In this document: piece by piece, positions 50,526 through 64,000 of the stretch
How positions within the stretch are numbered: the first letter of the stretch is position 1
Layout of the letters: every line of letters starts with the position of its first letter
DNA from: Raillietiella orientalis
Taxonomy: Eukaryota
Assembly: GCA_036172245.1 (NCBI GenBank)
Contig: JAYWIR010000055.1
Coordinates: forward strand, 310,001-374,000
Direction of reading: 5' to 3'
DNA: 64,000 nt
Notes under the pieces: generated by a model
Seen by the model: only the letters and a program-made list of their open reading frames with translations
Databases searched by the model: none
Told to the model about the DNA's origin: nothing
Position numbers and translations under genes: made by a program

Positions 50526-52158
50526 AAGAGGAGAAGGGAACAGCTCGCTTCCCCGAGGCAGGAATAGAAACTGATTGTCCTTGAGGGACGCTTCATCTTT
50601 GCCCCATGAACAAACCAACGGGAGCAAAGGTCGTGATACAACAATGAAGCGGAGCGGCGATGCAACAATACAGGGGGAAGTGAAGCGTCCGAGGCGCGAC
50701 GACAATGGGCAGAAGACAACAATAAAGAACCACGACGCAACAATGGAGAAAGCAATTTATTTAACGATTCAACAATGTCGCAAGTGGGGGGAAAAAGGCG
50801 GGAAGGGGAGGGGCGGCGGAAAGGAAAGGAAATTAACAAGCCAGGATTTGTGTCGCTCCGCGTGATTTTAATGGATTGGCACGATTGCCGTTCGCGAACG
50901 TCTGGCTGCCATAATGGGGGTGACGGTGACAGCCGCGCTGTTTGGCTGCATCCACACTGAAATTTCTCGTGATTTATGTGCTCCTCGTTAAGGTGGACGC
51001 AGGGGAGCTTCCCTTAAAGGACCACAAAACACCTGAGAGTCATCTAAGCGCAGTGCTTGGTTTGGGCGCTTCCGGTTCATCGCGAGCCTTTCCTCCCGGA
51101 ATGAAGCCCGCAGCTCATCTCATGGTTGCTCCTGGCGCAGCGAAGGGTGGTGCGCGATCCACAGGAAAGCCTCGGCGTCAGGCATCACCTTCGCGGCTGC
51201 CATCGCGAGCGAACGAAAAAGTTCCAGCAGTGGTGTTTGAAACCACTCCGCACGCTGCTTCACCCAGCAGGGCCCGCCCTAACGTGTTTTTTTTCTTTTG
51301 GGCGGGTTCCCCGTGGCACTGCCCCCTCTCCGCGCGCGTCGCGCCCGGTCTGAGCATCCACGTGTCTGCTTGCCCGACCCGGGCAGCAGCGACTCATTGC
51401 CGCGTCGCGCCCGCCGCGGTGCCAGTCTCCGGCAGAGGCGTTCCGGATCGCGCGCCACCCCTCGCCTCCGCCACCAGGTTACCCGCCGCCCTGACGCTGG
51501 AACTCCCTGCACCAACAGCCGCTGCCCGGCTTGAGGGGGGAGGGGAAACTGGCGGCGACGGGATGCCCGCGGGTATCTGCGAGCCCTGGAAGGCGGGCGT
51601 CTCCGGCAACGAGGCTCCCCGCGTACGCGCGCAACTCCGGCACACGCCGCGCAGCTCCCCCTCCGGCGAAGTCCCGCTGTCGACTCCCGAGCGATCCCGG
51701 AAGGGCACTCGGAGGAGGCCGCTCTCTTAGCAGAATCGCACGCGCCCACGGAAAGCAGGATCCGTCCATGGGCGCGCGTGAGGACCCCCCTTCTCAGTTG
51801 CGGTCCGCGTAAACGGGCGCATCCGCGGCGGGGACGTTTCGAGGAGTCAGCGCGCTCGGAGGCGGCGGTGGCGAGCGGTCCGGCGGGCGGCGAGGATGTG
51901 GAGGCGCAGGGTCCCTCCGTCCGACACCACGCTCCCCATCCCTCCTCTTCCTGTCCTGGAGCACGACGCGGAGGCAAAGGCTACCGGAAGAAGGGCGGAA
52001 CGGTTCCTGCCCTTCCCGTCCGGCAGGAGTGCGCACCACCCTGAGACGAAGGGCGGGGATGGAACAAACAGGCGCCTCTTCCCCTCTTCCTTTCGAGCCA
52101 GCACCCTTCCCCTAGAGCAGCTCTGCCCACGCCCCCTCATCCACTCCGTTCGTTCCAG

Positions 52159-52245
52159 GAGGAGCTCTACTACGACCCCGAGGGAAGACCCGAAGAGCGG
52201 GAACAGCCGGCCACGCCGCAGGAAACACCCCCTCCGGACAACAAG
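52159..52245 (+). CDS. Probable internal coding exon (EELYYDPEGRPEEREQPATPQETPPPDNK) of the gene starting at 43613
   Basis: Pyrimidine-rich acceptor CCGTTCGTTCCAG, AAG|GTAGGC donor, 87 nt, phase 0/0 matching the 44032 donor, GC3-biased codons. Confidence 0.55.
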
Positions 52246-55200
52246 GTAGGCGCCTCCAGCCACTCGCTCTACCCCCGCGTCCCTCTCCTGCTCCTCCGGA
52301 GAGGGAGGTCGCAGGGGCGGCGACGATTCGCTCAAAGACCCGCAGCGCCTAGCAACTGTCTGCCCCTACCTGCCTTCCTCCCTTCGATGACTCCCGAAGG
52401 ACGGCAGCTGCCGGTGCCGGAGGAACTCTTGGGGCGGGGCGGGATCACTTGCCGCGCGTCGCGACCCGGCAGTCGCCATGTCCACTCCGCAGAGAAGGGG
52501 GGTTCCCGGCTCCCCCCTCCCTTCCTCCACACCTTCGCCTCCGTGAGCGCGGCCATCGACGGCGGCGATGGAGACCTTGCGGCGCTTTCATGCGCGAGGC
52601 TGCCGCCTGCAGGGACTCTTTCGCTTCCTTCCCGGGTAAGCAGCCTAGCCAGATGCCCCTTCCCGAACGCCTGGCTCTGCCGCTGAAGGCCGCCCCTTCT
52701 CTTCCTCCTCTCTCGCCCCCTTCCTGCCTCGTCTTCCCGAACGACTATCGCGCGCGCACCAAGTGGACTGGGGCGCACGTCTCTGGAATGCGGATTTCCT
52801 TCCCCCTCCACGCGTCCTAAGAGCAGAAGGAGAGGGGGGAGTTGCATCGGCGCCCTGGAGAGCCACCGCAGGAGCCGTCGAAACGAAACCCTCTTTTTCT
52901 CTCTCTTCCCCCCCCCCCCCTTCCTCCCTTTCCTAGGGCTCCTTCTCGCGCCCACATCACCGCCCATTCTGGCACCCGCATCGCCGCTTCTTGAATGCGA
53001 ACCAGAGGGTGGTCCGCGCCCTGGTCGCCGCGGCCCTCCTGGGCGCTTTCGGCTCTTCCCTTCGAACGCGAACGGGGACTCCTGGACCTTCGTCGCCTGT
53101 CCGGCGGGAGAGCCCCCCATCGACGCCTTCCGCCGCGTGGCAAAGGTGTTGGTGCTGGCCGGGCGTGAGGTTAGGGCACTGGCAGGTCGAAGCATCGTCT
53201 CCGTGGGCAGCAAGCGGTCACTCGGCGAGCCCGGGCCGGGGACGCGGCAGGAATCGGGCTGCAGCCGGCTAGACGGGCGCCAGAGGGTGCGTTGCCCCCC
53301 GGCGTCAGCCGCGGGAACTCAGGAGCGTGCTCCTGAGTCACCTGGAAGACCGGCCCTCTTGCCGCGGTGCTGCCGCCGTCTGCCTGCCACGTGCTTTCGC
53401 TAGGTGGCGGCAGAAAACGGCGCGCGTGGAAGAGTCCGGGACGCGGCAGTCACGGTGGTGATGGCTTGGCTGCTCGGGGGGCGCACAATTCCGCCGCCTG
53501 CTCAGGAGGGAGGATTTCCCCTTCCCCCTTTCCCTTCCCATCGTCTCCGGAGCGCGTGTGCGCGCGGCGGCTGCCGGTAGCGCGAGAGCACGGAGGAGGA
53601 ATATTGGTGCTCCCCCTGGCGTGCGAGTTGCGGGGTCCCGTCAGCTGGCGGGATTGCGCGCACCGCGTGCACGTGGGTGCGGCAAGCCAGCCCAGGGAAC
53701 GCGCGATCCCCGCGTCCCGCGAGAGGCGCCGCGGACGCCTCCGGGAACCCTTCGTGGCGTCTGATTCGCGCCGGGCGCAGGCGCGTTCAAGGCCGCGCGA
53801 AGCGACGACCACCCGCCATTTCTCTTTCGTACCTTCCCTCAGTGGCGAGCGTTCTTTCACAGGGCCGTCGAGGCTTCTCGCCTGCGGGCCCGTGGAAGAT
53901 CGAGGGAGGTGGGGGGGAGCTCCTCTGTGTTCCTCCCTCCCTCCCTCCGTTCATCTTCTTCCCTTCCTCCTCCTCCTTTCTAACTCCTCTTCTTTCTGCT
54001 TTCTTTATCCTCTTTCCTTCTTCCTCCTCCTCCTCTCTTCCTCCTTCCTTCATTCTCCTCCTCCTCGGGGCGCGCCACATCGATGGAGGTGGCCTACGTC
54101 TCGGCGTGGATCTCATAGCGCGCCGCGGCGGCACAACTCCCAGTCCCCCTTCCGGAGGCGTTAGGGGTGGTGGCATCCCTGGAACGTTCGTCGCGTTTGC
54201 TGCAGTCGAGTCGAGGCGTCGCCCGCGACGTGCATTCTCGGGTCTCCTGGCTATCGGGGCGAGGGGAGGGGTGGCGCTGCAGGCTGCCCGGTCGTCAGAT
54301 GCAGCTGAGGCGTCTTAAGCAGGCTTTGCCGGAGATTTATGGCGCCGGAGCGACGGGGTCCTCACGGGAGCGTGCCGTCGGAGGGGGCCTTAATGAGCAG
54401 GCGGCTGTCGGCGCGCGAGGACCGCTTCGCGCCGCGGATCCAAGAGCCATGGGGACGCACACGCCGGTCCCTCCGAGGTCAGCCGGGTTAGGCGGCGGCG
54501 GCGGCGTACACGAGTGTTTGGCAGACGCCCTGTTTGGAGGGGCGCATCCTTCTCTGGGTGGTCTTGCCGCCGTTTGCACGGGGCAACCGCCGCACGCACC
54601 CTGGAGTCATCTACAAGGAACGTGCGCGCGCAACGCCGGGTAAGAGGGGAGCAACCGCTGCAGAAAGAGAGGACCATCCGGAGTGGGAGTGGACCAGCCG
54701 TCGAGCGCGCGGAAGTGACCCGGTCCCCGCTCCTGCCATGCCGCGGGTCTCACGCTCCGTCCGCAAGTTCCCTCGGGAACGAAGGCGGTCGGGCGCTGCC
54801 TCCGGATCGCCGGGGCGTGGGAGGTCACGCCAAGTCTCATGACGGTTCCGGGGGGAGCATCCGCCCACCCGCCTTTCAATTCGGAGCGCGCGAACGCCGC
54901 GTCCGGCGGTATCCTCCGCCTCTGGCCGTCCCACCGGAAGACCTCCGACTGTTGTGCATCCCGGTCGATGACCAGGGGGCTCCCCGGCGAATGCTTCGAC
55001 CCTTCCCTTCCATCGCGGGTTTTGCCCTTGCGTCGTCGTCGCTGCCCAGTTCTCCTGAGGGCGGGCGCGCCAGGCCGAGACCCCCCGGTGCTGAAGGCTT
55101 CTCGTTCTCGTTGCGCCGCTTCCTTGCTGACCGGAAGTTGCATCGCCTCTTGCAGGCGGTCCTCGGTGTGCGCCAAGGGCCTGCGCACCACAAAGGGCGC

Positions 55201-58200
55201 CTACGTCCGCCTCCGCTCCGGGGACCACAGGCAGCGGTCGCCCGTAGCAACGACGACGGCGCGGGCTGCCTGCTTTCTGCGCTGTCCGCGAGCGAAAGGC
55301 GGATGCGTGAGTGCGTGCGTGCACGCCACCGCATCCACGATCGCGACCACTGCGTCCCGAAATTCCTTCCTGTCCCTTCTTTTTCCTCCCCTTCCCCCGC
55401 CTTTTTCCCCACGTACTTACACATCCGTCCGTACCGCACGTACGTGTATGAGAAGAAAAAAAAAAAAAAAAAAAGAGAATTCCTTCATGCCGTCGCCTGG
55501 TGGCGGACCCTCCGCCGTCGCGGGCGTCGCCGGGCGGGAGGGCGCGGGAGCCGTGCATCCGCGCCATTCCGAGGCCGCAACGCTTTCGTTCCCGACGACG
55601 GTCTCTTCCCGGAGGAACGCGGCTCGCGTTCGGAGGGCACATTCCTGCTGCTCCGTTCCCCCCACCGCACCGCCTTCCCGACGGGCGCACGCGGGGGAGG
55701 GAGCGAGGGAGGGGCGAGGAGAGGGAGGACGCCCCATTTGCGGGAGAGCCCGTGGAGGTTATGGGGGCTGGGCACGGCATCCGTCCCACGGAGGGGCGTG
55801 AGTTCCCCCCCGGGACCCCGGAGGTCACCAGGGGCGCACATTCTCTCTCCTCGCCACGCCCCCGGGCGCCCACTTCCTGCTTCTGCTGCTGCTCCTCCCG
55901 TCTGCGGTCTCTGGAGGGCGGGCCGCGAAAGCAGCGCCTCGGACACATACGCGCCCCCCTCCCCATCCCTGGCCCCTTGCACGCGAGCGGACTGCGGACC
56001 ACCCCGGCGACCAACCGCATCGGCTGCGCGTGGCGCTTCGCTCGCTCGCCGCCGGTCGGGCGCGGATCCCGGGGACCTTCTCGTCGCTTCCGGAGGGGCA
56101 GGGAGGGAGGACCCCCGCCTGCCTCCGCCACCGCATTGCCGTGCCGAGAACCAGCGGGGTGGTGTCGGGCTGAGGTGCGCAGCACCGCGCCCTCCCCCCT
56201 CCCCGAACTGGAGGAGGAGGAGGGAGAGCAGTGGAGCGTCCGTTCGCTGAGGTCCGCGGCAAAGAGGGCGCGCTGCACCCCTGAGTGAAAACTTGCGATG
56301 AGCGCGCGCGACCCCTCCGGAGGATCCACTTAAGAGCTCGCGAATTACGTGGCGCGGGTCCAGGGGAGAGCGATCTCATTAGGAAAGACGGCGCCATGGC
56401 AACGTGAGGGAAAGAGCAAATCGCCTCGTTTCGAGTCCTCCCGCGGGATCGAGTCTCGAGGACCTGCTAACCCGCACCGAATGGCCGCCCCTCCCCCTAC
56501 TCTTTCAAAGGGGAAGGGAGAACAAGGGTTGGTTCGTCGCTCCTCCTCCTCCTGCCTCTCATCCCTGGTCTCCCGAGCAACCGCTTCGCCTCAGAGGAAG
56601 TGCGCTGCTTCCGGCCCATCGCGCTTTGCTCTGCCGCTGCCGTTCGCTCGTCGTTCACCTGCGTCCAAGTGTGGGCGGCGACCGGAGGGCGACCCCTCCC
56701 GTCCCCCACTTGAAAGAGGGTGGCGGCGAAGGCGACGCGTGCGCGCCCGCGGCGGCACGGGCGAACGCGCAGGCTCTGGGGTGCCCAGCTGCTGGGCGCT
56801 CGGCTCAAAGCAACGCCAAAGACGGGCCCTCCGGGAAGAAAGAGCCGCCTAGAGCGAACGCTTCGAGATCTGTGCCACCGCTCCGGGATGCTGGATCTGG
56901 ACCGCCGGTCCGCGACGCTCCTCTCGGGAGAGAGGGAACCGGAAAGAGGGGCTGCTCCCTGCCCCTTTTGCCTTCTTGTTCCCCGCCTCTTGGTTTCCCC
57001 CCGAACGCGGGCGTCGCGCAAAAGGGGGGTCGCGGTCGTCAAAGGGTGGGTGGGAGGGAGGATGTGTCCCACTCACCTCCTTTCATCTTCTCTCGGCCCC
57101 CCCCTCTTCGGCCCTCCTTTCTGGCCGCCCGCGAGCGCGAGCGACTCGCCTCTGCGCGCGTGCCAACCGATCTCCCATGCTGCCGCCTCCCCCTCCGGTG
57201 GACACACAGAGGGTAGGCGGCCGGGCGTGACCTTGAGAGACCCCTCGCTGCCGGCGCAGCCGCAGCCGCCGCCCCATTCGTCTTGGCTGTTTGTCAACTT
57301 CGAACGGATGATGGCCCTGCATCCAACCGTCTCGATCCATTCGTCTTCCCATCTCCCTCCCGAGAAGTCCCTAAAATTCCCCCCGTCTTCCTTCCTTTTT
57401 TTTTTTTCCTTCCCCCCCCCCCTCTTCCTTTTTTTGCGATCTGCCCCTCGACCTTCCTCCTCCAGGGACGCCCGGATTCCCGGAATCACCTCTCGGGAAA
57501 CTCCCGGCCTTTTGTTCCCCGGCGTGCTTGAGCGGCACGGACTCGCGGCGCCTCCCCGCTCCCAGGAGCGCCTTCGGCCCGGCAGCCGCTGCTTTGTCGC
57601 GGCGCCACCTTCCTGGAGCCGCCCACCGCGCGCGCGCAGATACGAAGCCTGGAAGAGTCGACCCTTTCCCCCCTCCCCTCCCTATCCTCGATCTGCTGCT
57701 GCCTCCTCGGCCGCGGCGGTGCCAGACCGCTCGGATCGCCCCGCTGGATTTGGCGCTCTCGTCTTCCCTCTACCTCCCATCTGGCGGAGGGTGGGCGCAC
57801 CCGAAGCCGTCCCGCTGGTCACGTGGTGTATCCGAGGCGTTCCCTTCCTCCCGGGAGGTGCCGAGCGGGCGGCCCCGGGGACCAGCTGGCAGGTGTCCTC
57901 CGATGTCTCTCCTCCCACACCTACCCAGATGCCGCATGCTTCCTGCCCGTAGTCGCCGCGGCAACCTCCCATCTCCCACCGCCGCCACTGCCACCACCTC
58001 CCACCGTTCGGCCGCGTCGTCACGGAGCAGCCTCTCAGAGCCGCGCGAGAGAAGCGCCCGCCCGCCGCCACCACGGCTGTCACGGAGGGGACCCCGGCCC
58101 TGAGGCGCCGGAAGGAGAAAGGAGAGAGGGTGTCGGCGAGGCGCGCTCAGGGTCCGGGCGTTGCCACGCTACGCCGGTGAGGCGGGTCGAGTCGCCCCGG

Positions 58201-58267
58201 CTCCCCGCGGAATGCTGTAACTCCTGCGCCCGCCCGTCGGAAGCGCCAGTTTGCCGGAAGAGTGCCC

Positions 58268-58313
58268 GTTTTTGAAGGGCGCGTGGGGCGGGCCCCACGC
58301 GCCCTTCAAAAAC
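58268..58313. repeat. Perfect 22-bp inverted repeat with 2-nt spacer
   Basis: GTTTTTGAAGGGCGCGTGGGGC gg GCCCCACGCGCCCTTCAAAAAC. Confidence 0.9.
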
Positions 58314-61300
58314 CGGCGGCTTCGTAAGGCGGCAGCGTGCACGGCGTTCCGGTGCCCTCGAGGGGGACGACCACGGCCTGACGTCAGGGCGCCCAGCAAA
58401 CGACGCCGCTCAAACCCGGAGGCGGCAGCAACGTGCCCCCGACCATCCACCCGGACGAAACGCAGACCAAGAAGACCGAACGGCGGAGCATAAAGGGGGC
58501 AGGAGAGCGACACCCCGGGAACCGGCTGGAGGAGCCGCGTGGCGCGCGCGGGACGACGGCTCCTCCTCCTTGGGAAAGGGGAGAGAGAGCGGCCGCTGTA
58601 GCAGCGTGGTCAGAGTGGAGTGCCGGAGTGGAAAAGCCCCTCTCTCGTGCCCCCTTCTCCCTTCCCTTTCGCGCGCACGGGAGGGTAAGGTCCCGGTCTT
58701 GTTTCCTTCGGTTACGCAACGCAGACGCTGAGCAGCACGTCCGCGGAGAAGGGAGAGGGGGGGGGGCGGCTGGCCGGGTGGTTGCCAAGGAGAACGCGTG
58801 CGCGCGTGTGCGTTGGCGGGCGGTTGTGAAGGGGGGCGGAGCCGCGGCACGCTCGCAGGACGTGCGGTGGTCACGCTGCGGGCGCGCGCGTCGCGCGGCC
58901 GGGCGTGACGTCAGCGGTCTGGTCGAGCGGAGCTCTCGAGGCGTGGACCCCCACGTAGTGCTGCTGCAAGGGAGGGAGGTCCGCGGTGGGAGGGGGCGGG
59001 CGCTTCCCCTCGGCTGCGCGGCGCGCGCGCCCGCGACATCCCTGCGCGCGAAAGGCACTACGGAACGCTCCCTGACCCCTTCCGAAAATGGCGTCGCTAT
59101 CCGTCCGGCCCGAGAGGGCCGCTCGCAATAGCCGGAGATCTTGTTTCTGTTCGGGAGCAAATGAACCCCCGAGGTCCGAACCGCCCCAGCCCGGAGGTCG
59201 TCGCCTCTCGGGGTCTGCTGGCACCTGACGGGACCGATCCCCTCCCTCCGTGCCGCCGCCTGGGTTCGGAAACCCCCGGGAAGAAGGAGATGAGGAAAGG
59301 GAGATAGTGGGATGGGGATCTGTGCTGGACCCGATCCAGCGGGTATCCGTCCAGCGGAAGGAAGGAGGAAACGACCGATGCGTGCGCGCGCGGCGGCTCC
59401 CGGCCGAACCTCTATCGATCGGCGTGCTCGCGCGACGGACCTTCCGGCCGCCTGCCCACCATCGGTGGGCGCGCGCGGACCCCTGCCCAGGGAGGCCCTC
59501 GGGCACGAGTGGAGCAGCTCTGCCGTGCGGAGGGAAGGACGTCCCCCTGTCCTGGGTCCCGGGGGACTGAAAGTCCTGGACGAAGCCCTTGAAGGAGGCC
59601 TCCCCTCCCTTTCTTCCGCGAGACTGCTCGGAGGAGGGAGGCGAAGACGAAACGGGATGCAAGCTGGGGAAGGGCAGTCAGCTGATCGGGTAGCATCCGG
59701 TAGAGAGGAGGGCAGCAGATGGCGTCCCGTGATACCTGGAAAGACGACCTACCGAAACCGTTTTCACGGCAACTCCCATCCTTCCCGCCAGGGTTGCACT
59801 CGACTCCTCCTCGTCCCCTCCTGCGCTTCCTTCGGCGCCTTCACAGCGCCACTGGGTCTGCAGAGAAAGGCAACCCCCCTCCTGGATCCAGCGGGTTTAC
59901 GAAAGGTCCATGCCGCGAGGTTCGCAGCCGCTCGGATGCGCCGCAGCTCCGCCCTCCCGGCCGTTTCCCGAGCGACCTCGGCAGCGGGGCTTCTGGCGCC
60001 CTCCGGCCTCTTCTCTGGAGAGGACCCGGAGGGCTCGGAAGGCGCCAACAGATCGAAGCGGTGGCCTTGCACGAAGAGAGGGTGGAAGTTCATCCAGAAT
60101 TACCGCGCTGCGTTCTCCCCGGGGTCATGATCTCGGCGAGTTTCCATCCGATCCCCTTCCGAAGGTGCCGGCACGCCGACCACCCCTGGCGGCTCGGAGA
60201 GGCGTCTCAGTGCCCTCGTGCCCTTCCGAGGGCCGAAGATCCTCGCGCCTACCACCACGGGCTGGCCCTTCCGCGGGGCGCCCCGAGGAAGGAGACCACT
60301 CGATCTGCTGCGATCGAGGGAGGTCGCGCGGGATGCCGGCGGATGGGCAGGAAGAACCGCTGGTCACTCCCCGGACGGTGGTTCGGGGGTCGAGGTCTCT
60401 GGAGTGACCTCGGCAGGGTCTGTTCGATGTGTGCCGCGGCGGGGGATCCCCAGAAGGGTCACCGCATGCCCGACAGCACCGGCCCTTCGGCAGCGGCGGG
60501 CCGGTGCTGTCGAAAGCGACCCTTCCACGCTTGTTCCCGAGAGGCTGCTGCTTGCTCACCGTACCGGGGGGTTCTCGCGGCCGGCAGCCCGTCCGCGAAG
60601 GAGGTCCCCTTGGGCTCCACGTGGTTGCATCCACAGGACGGAGGTTTCCTACCCGCCGCAGGAGGATCCGGAAGGTGCCCCGGGAGAGAGGGTCGGGAGG
60701 AAGTCTCAGACCCTGTCCTCCCCCCCTCGATGGGATCTTCGAGGAGATCCCGGAGTCCCGCCGCGTCCCTGCTGGCTCGAACGGCCTGTCCTCCTGCGCG
60801 GGGTCATCCACGACCGGTGGAGACTGGGGCTCTCCGGGTCATCCAGTTCCGCAGGGGGGGCGGGAAGCCTTCAGGGCAGGCCAGAAGACGCCCAGGCCGT
60901 GCGAGCGTACTGACCCGACGCCCTGGAGCTGACCGTGCCTCGTGACCTCCCCTCCTCCCCTTCCGGCAACAGAACTCTTTCTGTGTACGCGACAGGGAGT
61001 AGGGGCGCCACCTTGGCCTCGCCTTTCTCCCGCAGAGTCCCCCGAGAGCCCGAAATCCACCCGGCGCCCTCCCCGTCGTCCCTTCCGTGAGTCTGGAGCC
61101 CAAGTGTGCTCGGCTCCCCACGGGTCATCTGCAGTCACCCCGACAGCCTCTCTGGCAGACCCTCGAGGGCTTTTTTTCTCGCCCTGGAGATTCCCGCGGG
61201 ATGCCGAGCGCGCGCGCCACCCGTCCCGCGGAGCCAGGCCGGGAAGGTCGCTGCCGACCTGGGAGGGGCGGCCTCGCCGGCACAGGGACCCCGGCCCCGC

Positions 61301-63489
61301 GGGGAAGGACCGCACCTGGAAACGGTCATTTCGCGTCTCCCCTCTTCCAAATGCCTCGGAGTTGGTTAGGTACATGCCAGCGGCACGGCTCTGGTCATGG
61401 GGGGGGGGAGGGAAAGGATTCCCTCCGCCGTCCACCGAGTGCTCGCGCTGCCCTGAGAGAGGCCGCCGGGGCGCTGACTTGTCCAGGCGAGCGGGCGAAG
61501 ACCGCTCCTCAAAGGGCGCGAGAGTGAGGGTCGCTCCCGAGCTGGATCAGGCCAGGGAAATCCCCTTCTCTACCCCATTTCTCTCGAAGGAAAGGAAGAC
61601 CTCCAGCCAGTTCCCTCCAGCTGCGGCGGCGGCACGCACACGTCATCGGGACGACGCGGCGGTTCCGACAGATCCGGGAGGTCACGGGAACGATCTCGGA
61701 AATCCCATAAATCGCCAGGACTCGGCTTTGCCAAGTTGCGATCCGCTCCCTGTTGTCGTCCGCGTCCAGGGATTCGTTATTTATAGGGCCGTTCCGTCCA
61801 TTTTATGGCTGGTTGCGCGGGAACGCGGCGTCCGCTCCCGGCCCCGGTCGGGATAGAAGCGCAAGGAGGAAGGACCGGTCCCACTGGCGCGCGCGCCTTG
61901 CCGTTGCAGCCCCCCTCCTCCCTCCCTACGACCGGACGCCGTCCCGTCGGCAGGCGGAAAGGCGGGGACGACGCCTGACCGCCCCCCCTCCCCGTCGCCG
62001 AGGAAACGGCCGTCGCGACTGGGAGGCGCGCCGCCGCGAGGGGCCGCCAGTGCCGCTCCCGAGGGAGCTCCGGATCGGCCCTGGAGCTGTGCGCTGTGCG
62101 GTCCGGCCGGGACTCCGTCCTCTCCACCCTTCTCTCCCGAACGTGCGCGCCGTTAGAGCTGGGGGCCGGATCGGGCTGTTTCTTGGCACCGAGTAGAAAC
62201 ATGCCGGTGGGTGGAGAGCGGCAGGGAAGGGCGGCCGCAACTGCTCCAGGCTAGCCCCCGCCTCGCTCCGCGCTTCCTTGGGGATCCTCAGCCAGCCCTC
62301 GGGCACACACGGCGGTTCTCTCTGGGAGCAGCGCTTCCGAGCCAGTCTGGAGGTCACGCGCCCCGTCCGCGCCCACGGAGCCGGACGCCGTCAACGCGTC
62401 CGGCTCCGTTCCTCTCCCTTTCCCTTTTTCTCTCAAGGAGCGCGAAAGCCACCTGGGAAGGGCGACGGCAGGAAGGGATGGGGGGTTGCCAGAGTGACGG
62501 CAGGAATCGGGCCGGAAGGGTCCCGGGCTCCCTGGGCCGCGAGGGGGACTCCGACGGGTCGGCGCCGCCGTGGATGCGGGCGGGCCCTCAGCTGGCCACG
62601 GAGGCGTCGTCGCGTCTCGCTCCCTGGTCCACCGCGCCGGAGGCTGTTCTGTCGGGTGACACGTGGAAGAGGAGCCTCTTCCCGGAAAGGGTGGTCCCGA
62701 AAAGGGGTCTCTTCGCGTAGAGCCCCCTCTTGAGGGGCGGGTGCAGACCCTTCGAGGGGTGACGCGAGCAGTCCACGACCCCAGAGGCTCCCGCGTTTGT
62801 TCCCTCCGCGCGTCGGGAGGCTATCCAGGAAGAAAGGGTCGCCTTCTTCAGCTTCCAGGGGCCACTCACGTGCACTCGCTTCCTGCCGAGGGGGCTCCTC
62901 CGTTCGAGAGGGTCCCCACGCGCCCGGCCCCTCTGCGAGTCGTCGCAGTGGAGGGGGGACAGAGGAGGAGTCATCGCATCGCCTCCGGGCATTCACCCAG
63001 AGGGTTCCTGGGTTTGCCGGCACCCTCCGCTGGTGGTCCGACGGGACGGCCTCGCGGAGCAAAAGGGCCGTCCGTGCCTCGTGCTGTTGTCCTATCCGGC
63101 CCTCCGGGCGGCTTCCTCCGGCGTCCCGCGGTGGTGGCGCGCGTGCGCGCCCGCCGGAGAGGGAGGGGTGCTGGGAGGCGGGGGAGGCCCGCGCCTTGGT
63201 CCAGAGCCAACGCGCGAGCGTCTCCATCCCAGCCTCCTGACAATCCCATGAAGAGTTGTTAGCCGATGATGAATCGCTTGCTGCTCCTCCGCCCATCGGG
63301 CGCATCATCTTCCCTGGCGCGGCGGGCGTCTATTTTCGGATGGCAGGGTCGGGTCGGGGCGCGGCAGCTCCACCGCGCGGGAGCCATTCCGGAAAACGAA
63401 CGCATCCCGAACGCCTCCTCCTCCCCCGCCTCGCTTTTAACGCGCCATAATTAATCCGGATGCTGGGGAGCACGGGTTGACGACGACGC

Positions 63490-63593
63490 TCCAGCCAATC
63501 AGCGAGCAGCACGTGCGATGCGGGTGCTCGCGAGCAGACAAAGCGGCCGCCGCAGCCAGGCGTGCGCCCGGTGCGCCTCGTCGCCCGGTGAGT
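63490..63593 (+). promoter_or_regulatory. Possible alternative promoter / short non-coding first exon
   Basis: CCAAT (63495-63499), E-box CACGTG (63510-63515), then a CCG|GTGAGT donor at 63588. Confidence 0.3.
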
Positions 63594-64000
63594 CCCTTCC
63601 CCTTTCTCTCCCTCCCTCGTGCACGTGCAAGCTCTCCGCTCGGACCCGCCGCGCCCACAGCTCCCCCGGGTGCGGGTCAAAGCACCCCGCGGCTCACCAC
63701 CACCCAACCCCCAGCTCCCGCAAAAGGAAAGGAGGCAGTGCCCCTGCCGCCGTTCCGGCCGTGGGGTCATCGGCTGGCAAACCCCGTCCACGCCCTCCCC
63801 GATGCAGCCACTCCCGCGGGACTGCCGTCGGCAGGAGGGAGGGGAAGAAGGAAGGAAGGTACTGCGTAGGTGGGAGCCTGGACGCTGCGCAGAGTGCGGG
63901 CACGCCTCGAGGCAGAGTCGCAGCTTCGCGCCCTTGGCGCCCTTCCTCCTCCCTTCCTCTTGCTCGAGGCATGCGGACCCCTCCGTTCCTACGAGCTGAC

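Noticed and set aside
55156..55306. Candidate exon with TCTTGCAG acceptor and GTGAGT donor
   Set aside because: Translation is low-complexity with no coding bias in any frame; not supportable without RNA data.

Overview
Eukaryotic (animal, most likely arthropod-type) genomic DNA in two contrasting domains. Bases 1 to ~12 kb are AT-rich. They hold decayed piggyBac elements and then an extremely compact, CpG-depleted housekeeping cluster. ANKZF1/Vms1 (+ strand, 9 exons, introns 41-74 nt) converges tail-to-tail, with 8 nt between stop codons, on a minus-strand chain of four genes: POLR3K(RPC11) -> YRDC(Sua5) -> DPH3(Kti11) -> PLEKHM1-like. Their ORFs are spaced +10, -17 and -7 nt apart, leaving no room for intergenic promoters or poly(A) sites, which suggests an operon-like polycistronic unit of mostly tRNA-related genes. 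3'-splice-acceptor-like AGs lie inside the upstream CDSs directly before the DPH3 and PLEKHM1 start codons. From ~12 kb to 64 kb the DNA is very GC- and CpG-rich and gene-sparse: a decayed L1/Tx1-like LINE, an intronless TSSK kinase, a 3-exon Reeler-domain secreted protein, and the first exons of an unidentified large + strand gene. Most long ORFs in the GC-rich part look spurious. All homology calls are from recognition of motifs, not database searches.
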